Below, in pieces: positions 17,495 through 26,084 of a stretch of 64,000 nt of DNA. The notes beneath the pieces are model-generated. The model searched no databases, was not told where the DNA came from, and saw nothing but the letters and a program-made list of their open reading frames with translations. The position numbers and the translations under genes are program-made. The stretch is from assembly GCA_963701375.1 (NCBI GenBank), contig CAVOZT010000005.1, positions 393,601 to 457,600 on the forward strand, read 5' to 3'. The DNA is from an uncultured Acidimicrobiales bacterium. GTDB lineage: Bacteria; Actinomycetota; Acidimicrobiia; Acidimicrobiales; CAVXTF01. Numbering within the stretch: position 1 is the stretch's first letter; each line of letters begins with the position of its first letter.

Positions 17495-19608
17495 TCGTCG
17501 TCAACTACCTCGCCGCGGGGGCTCTTCTCTCGCTCGGCCTCTTCATCGTTCTCACCCGCAGGAACCTAATCAAGATCATCATGGGCCTGTCCTTGATCGA
17601 GTCATCGAGCTACCTGCTCCTGATTTCCATGGCATACCGACGGGGCTCGACAGCGCCCGTCCTCCTCAATCCCCAGCACGGAGAGACCGTCGCGCAACTC
17701 GTCAAAGGAAACGTCGCAGATCCTGTTCTGCAAAACTTCTGTCTGACAGCCATCGTGATCGGCGTCGCAGTGACCGCGGTGTTCCTGACGATCGCCGTGC
17801 GAGTTAGTCAGCATTACCAGAGCCTCGATTCCGACCGCATGCGTGAAATCGCGCGGGTGACGACCTCCGCCCTCTCCTCTCTTCTTCCTCTTCCTGTCGC
17901 CATCCCGATCGGAGGAGCTGTCCTCGCCCCACTCGCCGCACGCCTGTCTAAGAAACTCGCCTTCGCGATCTGTGTCCTTGCCTCCGCAGGAGCCCTTACC
18001 GTCCTCATTCTCGTGGCACCCACGGTCTTCAGCGGCAACGAGGTCACCCATTTCCTCGGCCACTGGGCCCCCTTTTCCGGCCACGAACTCGGCGACACCT
18101 TCGGAGCCGATCCTTTCGGTGTGACCTTCGCCCTCGTCGTCGCTGCTGTTGGTTGTCTGCTGCTTGTCTATTCATTATCCGAACTGCGCGAGCTCGCTAA
18201 GAAAGAACTTGGTGCTTACGTCTGCCTCTTCCAGCTGCTGATTGCTGCTTTGATTGGCTCTGCACTGACCGCCGACCTCGTCAACCTCTTTGTCTGGTTT
18301 GAAGTTGCCGCGCTGGCAAGTTACGGGCTCACTGGGTTCTTCTTGGAACGGCCGATTGCGCTAGAGGCTGCATTCAAAATTGCGGTCCTTACAAACATTG
18401 CCAGCTTTGCTGTGTTCATCGGGGCGGCAATGATCTACTCGGACCACGGAGCCCTCAACTTCGGTCAGATTCACAACGCTCTCCAGTCCCACGTGCAGGA
18501 TGCGGACATTGTTGCCTTGGGCATTCTCGTCATGGGTTTCGCCACCAAGGCAGGCGTGATTCCGTTCCACGGCTGGCTGCCCGACGCGCACACAGTTGCC
18601 CCAGGACCAGTGTCGGCCCTCTTTTCTGGATTGATGGTCAATCTCGGTGTCTTCGCCATCGCCCGCCTCTCCCTCCAGATCTTCGGACCCAGCAACTCTC
18701 ACCCGCTCCTCACCCTGCTCACCGTCCTCGGGTGCGTTTCCGCCGTCACCGGCGCCTTCCTTGCTCTCGCCCAAGACGACTTGAAACGTCTCCTCGCCTA
18801 CGACACCGTCTCGCAAATGGGAGTCCTCATGGTCGCCTTCGCGAGTAACACTGCCGGTGGTGTCGCTGGTGCCACATACCATCTCGTCAACCACGCCCTC
18901 TTCAAAGCCCTGCTCTTCCTCTGCGCCGGAGCGATCGTGCACATCACGGGATTCGACAAGCTGTCCCAGATGGGCGGCCTTGCGCGCCGACTCCCCTTTA
19001 TCGCTGTGGCATTCGTGGTTGGCGTGATCGCCATTGCCGGCGCCCCTCCCATGAACGGGTACGTCTCGCTGGGCCTCATTCACGCCTCATTGCAGTTCAA
19101 TGACCCGGCCGCGTATGGGGTAATGGTGCTGGCGCAGATCATCACCGTCGCCGCACTGGCCAGAGCCACATATCTTGCGCTCTTCCGCCGGCGAAACAAA
19201 CCACTTCCCGAGTTCACACGTCTCCATCCCGGAATGATCATGGCGATGAGCACGCTCGGGCTAGGCTGCCTCGCCTTCGGAGTCTTTCCGTATGCCGTGC
19301 TCAACCACGTCGCCGCACCCGCCGCCGCAGGGCTCCTCGCTCCCAAAACGTATGCACAGGGCGTTCTGAGCCAAGGAGCACACTTTGTGATTCCTTCTGT
19401 CTCGTTCGGATACTTCTCGGTGACAGACCTCATGACTGCGCTCGGCACCGCCGGGGTTGGCGTTCTCCTCGCCATGTGGTATCTCAGGGTCTCCGAGCCT
19501 CAACCCATCACCTGGCTGCGCGGCCTCCACACCGGCTCAGTCAATGACTACGCCGCCTATCTTGCAATTGGCGGCATCCTGACGGTCACTGTCTTATTAG
19601 TGCGCTGA
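17491..19608 (+). CDS. fused MrpC (NuoK-like) + MrpD (NuoN/L-like proton-conducting subunit)
   Basis: 705 aa. Residues 1-120 (LIKIIMGLSLIESSSYLLLISMAY) are MnhC-like. The rest is Proton_antipo_M-like (LVNLFVWFEVAALASYGLTGF..., KAGVIPFHGWLPDAHTVAPGPVSALFSG). Confidence 0.8.
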   Translation: MIVVNYLAAGALLSLGLFIVLTRRNLIKIIMGLSLIESSSYLLLISMAYRRGSTAPVLLNPQHGETVAQLVKGNVADPVLQNFCLTAIVIGVAVTAVFLTIAVRVSQHYQSLDSDRMREIARVTTSALSSLLPLPVAIPIGGAVLAPLAARLSKKLAFAICVLASAGALTVLILVAPTVFSGNEVTHFLGHWAPFSGHELGDTFGADPFGVTFALVVAAVGCLLLVYSLSELRELAKKELGAYVCLFQLLIAALIGSALTADLVNLFVWFEVAALASYGLTGFFLERPIALEAAFKIAVLTNIASFAVFIGAAMIYSDHGALNFGQIHNALQSHVQDADIVALGILVMGFATKAGVIPFHGWLPDAHTVAPGPVSALFSGLMVNLGVFAIARLSLQIFGPSNSHPLLTLLTVLGCVSAVTGAFLALAQDDLKRLLAYDTVSQMGVLMVAFASNTAGGVAGATYHLVNHALFKALLFLCAGAIVHITGFDKLSQMGGLARRLPFIAVAFVVGVIAIAGAPPMNGYVSLGLIHASLQFNDPAAYGVMVLAQIITVAALARATYLALFRRRNKPLPEFTRLHPGMIMAMSTLGLGCLAFGVFPYAVLNHVAAPAAAGLLAPKTYAQGVLSQGAHFVIPSVSFGYFSVTDLMTALGTAGVGVLLAMWYLRVSEPQPITWLRGLHTGSVNDYAAYLAIGGILTVTVLLVR

Positions 19609-19631
19609 TCGGACTCAAGAACTACCCACGA

Positions 19632-20705
19632 TCACGCACTCCGTTCCGTCGTTCGTGCGCCCGCGAGCCTGCGTCTCAGGAACGCAACCACCGCAATCTC
19701 TTCACGAGACAGCTCAGAGAGATTGGCAAGTTTCTCCTCGGCTCGCCGTTCAAGGTTTTCAATCAAGGTTCCGTCGAGGTGCGCGGCTAGCACCTGTGGA
19801 TGGACATAACACTGTCGACACACCGAACGGGTGTTTCCCAGTTGCTTCGCCACAGAGTCGATCGCCCTCACAACTTGGCGCTTCGCCTCCAACTCAGACG
19901 AGTAGGCACCAAGCTCTTGAAGCGCCCATGCCGCGAGCACCGTGCCGCCCCAGGTCCGGAAGTCTTTGGCGGTGAAGTCATTCTTGGTAATGGTTCGGAG
20001 GTAGTCGTTGACATCTTGTGACTCGATGTGATGACGGTCTCCCTCATCGTCGCGATACTGGAAGAGCTCATGACCGGGGAGTTCTTGGCACTGCTTGATA
20101 ATCCGCGCCAGTCTCCGATCGTGGATCTTGACACAATGCGTCTTTCCAGACTTTCCACGAAATTCGAACGAGATGTCGGCGCTCTCGACATGCACATGGC
20201 GGGTGCGCATGGTCGTGAGGCCAAAGGACTTGTTCTCTTCGGCGTACTCCTCGTTGCCGACTCGAATGTATGTCGTGTCGAGAAGGCGCACGACCGTCGC
20301 CATCACCTTCTCTCGTGGTAGTCCGGGTCAACGTAAGTCACGCTCCACCCGGCGCCGGATGCGAGGCAATATTTCGGCAAAGGAGAGGATACGTTCATAC
20401 TTGGTAGCATCTCGCACTTCACGCCATCGCTCGTGGTACCGATACTGCTTCCGACCTTTGACGTCCCGCCCCGTCGCTTGAATGTGACCATTCGGACTAG
20501 AACAGATCCATACCTCAGTCCATGCCGGCGGAATCGCAAGCGCTTTGATCCGCGCTACCACCTTGGGATTCTGTACCCGCTGCCCGCCATCGTCCCGATA
20601 CCGAAACGACTTTCCTGCTCGGACCCGGCGTATACCGGGCCCACGGTCGTTGACATATCGCAGACCAGCCTCGTGGGCTGCTTCTATCCCTTCTTCGTCA
20701 AGCAT
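19632..20705 (-). pseudogene. DNA topoisomerase IB (poxvirus-type bacterial TopIB) with an in-frame TGA
   Basis: ORFs 20328..20705 (LRYVNDRGPGIRRVRAGKSFRYRDDGG...KGRKQYRYHERW) and 19632..20306 (RLLDTTYIRVGNEEYAEENKSFGLTTMR...FTAKDFRTWGGT...SVCRQCYVHP) are in the same frame. A single TGA (20328-20330) separates them: VERDLR*PGLPREKVMATVV. Confidence 0.8.
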
Positions 20706-20755
20706 CAGCTGTCAGCATGCGAGGTCGGTCCTCTCGCAACTCCCCACACCCGGCC

Positions 20756-20999
20756 TCAGGATTCGCCGGTCGGATCCTCATGATCGTTATCGTGCGCCTC
20801 TCCGGCATGTTCCTTATCGAGTCTTCATGTGGCGCATGCTCGTGCGCGACTGGAGCGTGGTTATGCTTGTGGTCGTGGCGAGAGCTGAGATGTTGGAACC
20901 CTCAACGGAGTGATTGTGCGTCACATGAAAATGCTCGTGGCTATGGACCATCCCCTCGTGACGATGCAACTGACCCATATGGCCGGCAGCCTCACTCAT
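20756..20999 (-). pseudogene. His-rich (HxH repeat) small metal-binding-like protein, apparently two frameshifts
   Basis: Frame a reads MSEAAGHMGQLHRHEGMVHSHEHFHVTHNHSVEG. Frame b reads QHLSSRHDHKHNHAPVAHEHAPHED. Frame c reads LDKEHAGEAHDNDHEDPTGES* (own three-frame translation). The alternative is that only the 72-aa ORF 20814..21032 is real. Confidence 0.4.
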
Positions 21000-21703
21000 G
21001 CCGACTTCCTTCAATCCAAAGCGGCGAAGCATGGGTCGTCGTTCACCGCTATGGCACTTCTACCCGTAACAGGGCCACTCAACCGGTCACCAGGACTGCG
21101 GTGGTGGATTGGAGCGTCTCTCCGTGGTTTCGGTTGGGATCGACCTCGTCCGCCAAAACCCCGTCGTTGCCATGCTTTCGAATGTCCCTACCTGCTCTAC
21201 CCCGGCCGAGATCTTGGTATCTAAGCTCTTTCCACGATGGAGACCACGAGTCGGGCGATGGGCTCGAACCGGCGCTTCTTGAGCAAGACCGTGCGTGGGT
21301 TATCCCGGGATCGGCCATCCGTAGGAGCGACACTGTATGTGCGCCCGATCGTGTCGATGCGAGGGTGGCCCGCAAGGCACGCGACTGGCCGACCTGGTCC
21401 GCCTTGTCGGAGATCGCCGTGCCTCGACGATTGATGCACAACCGGAGCCGGTGCTGAGCCAACAGCAGTTTAGGTTCAAACTGCAGCGGTCAGTGATTTT
21501 ACGGCCGTACATGCCTCGTCACGGAGCATGGTCCACCACTTTCCCCGTCGGGCACTATTGAGGCGTCACATTCGCAAAGGTCGTTCGCCGGAGCCAGTCG
21601 GGCTCTGCCAATCGACGATACAAGCAACGGGGGATAGAGGGCTATCCGCGCCTCGAATGAGTTCAAATGTAGGCGTGATCGAGGAAGACGGGGCGTGCCG
21701 GGC

Positions 21704-22194
21704 TTAGCGGCTTGACAATTCAGAAGTGTGGGTCGACTGAAGCATCAAAGCTCGAACTAGCTCCAAGACCTCATGGCAAGCGCGGCGGCAGATGGCGGCC
21801 GGATCTCCGGAGAGTTGGAGACGAGTGCTGCAAGCCCCGCCCAGTGCGCTATCAACGCAAACAAAAACGGTGCCCGGGCTCTGACCATGATCAGGACCCG
21901 GGCCGCCCACTCCAGTGATACCGATCCCAATGTCAGCTCCGGTGAGCTTGCGGACCCCCTCGGCCATTTGACGCGATGCTTGCTCGGTAACGACATTGTC
22001 TGCCGTGACTCCCAGCAAATCAAACTTTACGCTCTCAGCGTATGCAACGATGCCACCAACAAAGAAACTGCTGGCTCCCTCCATCGCTGCGAACGCGTTG
22101 CTAAGCAGTCCGCCTGTCAGGGATTCTGCAACGGCATAGTAAGCCCCGAGGATGGGAGCATGCGTGCGAGGAAATCGCCAGCCGGATCGGCCAT
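21704..22194 (-). pseudogene. CinA C-terminal domain / nicotinamide-nucleotide amidohydrolase (PncC)-like, frameshifted near 22135
   Basis: ORF 21704..22084 plus its in-frame upstream stretch read AVAESLTGGLLSNAFAAMEGASSFFVGGIVAYAESVKFDLLGV. That stretch has no start codon. The ATG at 22194 gives MADPAGDFLARMLPSSGLT in another frame. Confidence 0.7.
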
Positions 22195-22204
22195 CGGTTG
22201 TGAG

Positions 22205-22798
22205 CTAGACGTACTCTTCGCGCGCCTGTTGAGCGCGGGCGGCACCAATCTCAGTCGTCACGTCCTTCTGCTCTTCTGGCGGCGGCAACGCCGCCTTCTC
22301 GCCAAGAGCTTGAATCCAGAGCTCGCGGGCCCACCCGCGGGTGTGATACAGGTGCTTGTCTTCTTGCTCCTCAACCTCGGAGACGGCTTCCTTGAGCTGC
22401 TTGCCTTCGTCGCCTGAGACTTTGGAACTGATCGCGGCCAGAAGCTCCCAATTGAGATGGTCCTTCGTTTCTGCAAGGGTGACACACTCGGCTGCGACAA
22501 CCTCTGCTGTACCGGGCGGCCCATCTTTCAGTGCCAGCTCCATTGCCTGGACCAACGCATCACCAATCCCGCGCACCACCTTGCGCCCCGGCGTTTCGGT
22601 GGCAGGATTCAATCCGAATGTCTCGAGCAACCCCCGAACGATCTCGACGTGCCGAGCGGTCTGATCGTGGTACTTCTGCCACTCCTCTTTGAGGTCGTCG
22701 TTTTCAACACATCGAAGGGCGGTTTCGTAGACTTGGACCCCGCCATTTTCGGTCTCAAATGCCTGGTACAGCAGCTGATTCAACTGGTCTTGATCCAT
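22205..22798 (-). CDS. ferritin-like / DUF892-like four-helix-bundle protein
   Basis: 197 aa, all-helical and acidic. Contains LLYQAFETENGGVQVYETALRCVENDDLKEEWQKYHDQTARHVEIVRGLLETFG. The family assignment is tentative. Confidence 0.45.
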   Translation of the reverse strand: MDQDQLNQLLYQAFETENGGVQVYETALRCVENDDLKEEWQKYHDQTARHVEIVRGLLETFGLNPATETPGRKVVRGIGDALVQAMELALKDGPPGTAEVVAAECVTLAETKDHLNWELLAAISSKVSGDEGKQLKEAVSEVEEQEDKHLYHTRGWARELWIQALGEKAALPPPEEQKDVTTEIGAARAQQAREEYV

Positions 22799-23079
22799 GT
22801 TCCTCTCCTGACGCGCTCGCCATTCGGATACCCGGTATTAACGGCTTAAAACGGCTGGTTCTTGCGGCAACGGGCTCCGGCTGTTGCCCCCTCGACCGTC
22901 AGCTGGGCCGCGCCGCCTATGTCCGCTTGGTCCTGAGGGTGCCATGGACAAAGGCATGAGTGCCGGGTCCACACAGCATTGTCTATTTGGTACGACCGTT
23001 CAACGACGCATGACGAAGTGGTTACTGAACTAGGCCAGGCCCGGGATAGAGAATTGCCACGGACAAGAATCAGAGGCTC

Positions 23080-24054
23080 TCAGATGCCAAGCCTCGGACG
23101 GAGCTCTCGTTCATAAAACCCGATGAACCCATTGAGGTCGGTGCCGATCTGACTGATGTAGATCTCATCGAATCCGGTTTCGACAAATTCGGAAACGGCC
23201 TGAACGTGACGCTCGGGGTCAGGGCCGCAAGGTACTTGGTCCGCGACCATCCGCTCGGTGACGAGTGAAGCCAGTTGCTCAAAGTGTGACGGCATTGGTA
23301 GCTCTTGGCTCGCCTGACCTGGTATGCATTCTGTCGGCCAGAGCTGATGAACGAGCTCTTCCGCCCGTTGTTCATCGTTGTCCCAACACACCTTTAGGGC
23401 ACCAATGATTGGCCCCTTGCCGCCCGCTTCGCGGTATGAGCTGATCAAGGACGGATCGGGGTGAGTTGTCACGAGCCCGTCCCCCGTGCGAGCGGAGACT
23501 CGGGCAGATGTGGGACCGAATGCCGAGACTGGGACGGGAGGAGGGGTATCAGGACAGGAGTAGAGACGTGCATTGTCTACAGTGAAGTATTCGCCATGGT
23601 GTGTTACGAGCTTGCCCGTCCAGAGTTCTCGCATCAACATAATCGCCTCTTCCAACATCGCAAGTCGCGTCTTGAACGCGGGCCAATGCGCACCGGTGAC
23701 GTGTTCGTTCAGGGCTTCGCCAGTCCCGACGCCCAGCACGAAACGGTCTTCCAGAAGAAGTTGGCTCGTTGCGGCCGCCTGTGCGATCACTGCTGGATGG
23801 ATTCGCATGATCGGACATGTCACGCCCGTGGTTACCTTCATCCCGCTTGTTTTGCCTGCGATCGCCCCGACAACGCTCCATATAAATGGACTCTCACCTT
23901 GTTGGTCGATCCAGGGATGGAAGTGGTCGGATATAAATAAGGACCTGAAGCCCGCTTCTTCCCCACGGCACGCCTGAGACACAAGGCTTCTTGGAGAGTG
24001 CTCCTCGCTCGATAGAAAAAGACCAATCTCGGTCACTCGCTCCGTACCTCCCAA
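23080..24054 (-). CDS. LLM-class F420-dependent oxidoreductase (G6PDH-related family)
   Basis: 324 aa. Contains GFRSLFISDHFHPWIDQQGESPFIWSVVGAIA, FVLGVGTGEALNEHVTG, and the tail FVETGFDEIYISQIG. Confidence 0.8.
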   Translation of the reverse strand: MGGTERVTEIGLFLSSEEHSPRSLVSQACRGEEAGFRSLFISDHFHPWIDQQGESPFIWSVVGAIAGKTSGMKVTTGVTCPIMRIHPAVIAQAAATSQLLLEDRFVLGVGTGEALNEHVTGAHWPAFKTRLAMLEEAIMLMRELWTGKLVTHHGEYFTVDNARLYSCPDTPPPVPVSAFGPTSARVSARTGDGLVTTHPDPSLISSYREAGGKGPIIGALKVCWDNDEQRAEELVHQLWPTECIPGQASQELPMPSHFEQLASLVTERMVADQVPCGPDPERHVQAVSEFVETGFDEIYISQIGTDLNGFIGFYERELRPRLGI

Positions 24055-24275
24055 ATATTTCCCACCGTTGTTCTTAACGCTTACCCCGAAGCGACGAGGG
24101 CAATCACCCGACTTTGCTCAGATTTACAGACGGGCGTCGGGCGACCCTGACGCGAGCTTGATCATCGTGCCCTTCCACACTTAGCAAGCGCCCAGCCAAT
24201 CCACCGGCTGTGGATTACGTACCGAACTCGGTACAGATGATCACCACGTTCATGAGCAAACAAAGGAGGACGGCG

Positions 24276-24546
24276 ATGGCAACCGAGAAGCAGCTTCAGG
24301 CTGCCCGTCGCAACATAAAGAAGGCGGGTGCCACAGCCAAAACCAAGAAGTCGATCGCGGCCATGCCGAAACGAACGAGAACCGCCCTAGGCAAGCAGGG
24401 GCCTGCGGTGGCGCAGCGGAACCGCAAGGGAGCCCGCAGTCTTATGATCCGCCAAGAGTTGTACCCGGAAGCAAAAAAGCGTGACCTGCCCGGACGGTTC
24501 GAAGATGGGTCGCGCCGAGCTCGCTCCATCTTTGGGCCGTTCGTAG
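24276..24546 (+). pseudogene. small basic protein with Rho_N-like C-terminus, frameshifted near 24500
   Basis: MATEKQLQAARRNIKKAGATAKTKKSIAAMPKRTRTALGKQG...ELYPEAKKRDLPGR is followed in the next frame by SKMGRAELAPSLGRS* (own translation). There is an extra T in CGGTTCGAAG. Confidence 0.5.
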
Positions 24547-24753
24547 GGCAACGACGACCGTCACAGTCTTCGGACGGCTGGCCAATGCCCCCATGCGCCG
24601 TCCCCGATCCGATTCGGTCCCCCCGGAAGGTGAGGGAGCGTTGGATCGCCCGGTCCCACACGCCGGGGCGGCGCTCACGGACTGAACCGGACCGCCAATC
24701 GCGCACAGCTCAATGTAGGGCTGCTGACTGATGGCCAGGTTGAGGCAATCCGA

Positions 24754-25412
24754 TTGGTGAAGATAGCCAGGGATACAGCCGTGAAAGCCCAGGTCTCTGC
24801 GATAATCACCCTGAAGGCAGTGTTGGTGACCGCCTCGGATTGCCTGCGAGCGGAGCTGGAGCCACTAAGCGATTACAAGCTCGTAGTGGCTGCTTCTGCG
24901 CTCGACGCAACAGGCGACATCGCAGATCCGGAAGTTGCCATGCGTCACACCCTAAGAGCTTTGGCAATGCGCTGGCTCGAACTCCACGAGGAGGTTAAGG
25001 GGCATTCCCGACGACTCAAGGCACTGACGCGAACCGCTGCCCCTCAACTGCTCGACTCATTCGGCATCGGCTTCGACATCGCCGCACAAATGCTCATTAC
25101 CGCTGGCGACAACAGTGACCGCGTTCGAAATGAGGCTGCCTTCGCCAAGATGTGCGGCGCCTGTCCGATCCCCGCAGGTTCAGGCAAGACCAGCGGGAGA
25201 CACCGTTTGAACCGTGGAGGCAACCGCCAAGCGAATGCCGCTCTATACCGGGCAGTGATCGTGCGCATGCTTGGCACGAACCAACGATCGCCTATGTCCA
25301 ACGTCGAACAGCTGAAGGACTATCCAAGAAGGACATCATCCGCTGTCTGAAGCGTTACCTGGCGCGTGAGCTATTCCAGTTGCTGCGAGCGACTACGAAT
25401 CCGGCCTCATAG
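24754..25412 (+). mobile_element. IS110-family transposase fragment (C-terminal two thirds, frameshifted)
   Basis: FGIGFDIAAQMLITAGDNSDRVRNEAAFAKMCGACPIPAGSGKTSGRHRLNRGGNRQANAALYRAVIVRM is followed in the next frame by HEPTIAYVQRRTAEGLSKKDIIRCLKRYLARELFQLL. The N-terminal DEDD domain is missing. Confidence 0.75.
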
Positions 25413-25447
25413 AGCCTCGCCGGTTCAAGTATCTCCTGCGCGCCGAC

Positions 25448-25704
25448 TTGACGGTCTATAGGAGCATCAACGCAATGGCCGAGAGCTTCAACGGGCTTTA
25501 CAAGACCGAACTGATCTTCCACGAAGGACCGTGGAAGAACGCCGACGAGTGGAATGGGCGACGCTCACCTACGTCAACTGGTTCAACCGCCGCCGGATTC
25601 ACAACGAGATCGGCAAGATCCCACCGGCAGAGTTCGAGGAGAACTACTACCGTCAGATCGACACAGTCAACCTGGTCACTTCACAGATAACCGAGTCTCT
25701 ATGA
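25448..25704 (+). mobile_element. IS3-family transposase (rve) C-terminal fragment, frameshifted
   Basis: NAMAESFNGLYKTELIFHEGPWKNADE is followed in another frame by WATLTYVNWFNRRRIHNEIGKIPPAEFEENYYRQ...*. Confidence 0.7.
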
Positions 25705-25717
25705 AACCCGGGCCGAT

Positions 25718-26062
25718 TCAGAGAACCTTCTGTGCGAGCTTCTTCGGCGCCACCAACGTGTAAGAGGTTCGCACCCATTCCTCGACCTCGCGCCAACGTG
25801 CGGCGCCGACGCGCTTGCCGATCGTGACGGTCACCCACCCGCTTCGACCGAGGCCGTACCCCGCCGGCACCGCATGCTCATCGGTGGATACGACAGCCTC
25901 TGCCTCGTCTTTCGGCAGTTTGACGGTCAAGACGGTCGCCTCGGGATTTGAGAACACGAAGTTCTTTCCATTCACCCTGAATGTCGGCTCTCCGCCCCAG
26001 GCTTCGATATCCACGCGCAATGCTTCAGGTAGTCGGGAGACGATCTGCTCGAGCCGGTCCAT
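25718..26062 (-). CDS. MmcQ/YjbR family DNA-binding protein
   Basis: ATG at 26062 inside ORF 25718..26209. Sequence: MDRLEQIVSRLPEALRVDIEAWGGEPTFRVNGKNFVF...GYGLGRSGWVTV. Confidence 0.7.
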   Translation of the reverse strand: MDRLEQIVSRLPEALRVDIEAWGGEPTFRVNGKNFVFSNPEATVLTVKLPKDEAEAVVSTDEHAVPAGYGLGRSGWVTVTIGKRVGAARWREVEEWVRTSYTLVAPKKLAQKVL

Positions 26063-26084
26063 GTTCGCGGCCACGGCGTGACCG

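Noticed and set aside
21255-21285. GGTTCGAGCCC (minus strand), resembling a tRNA T-arm and therefore a possible tRNA or att remnant.
   Set aside because: The flanks cannot form T-stem or acceptor-stem pairing and no cloverleaf could be drawn. The motif lies inside a coding-like remnant (…KKRRFEPIARL…).
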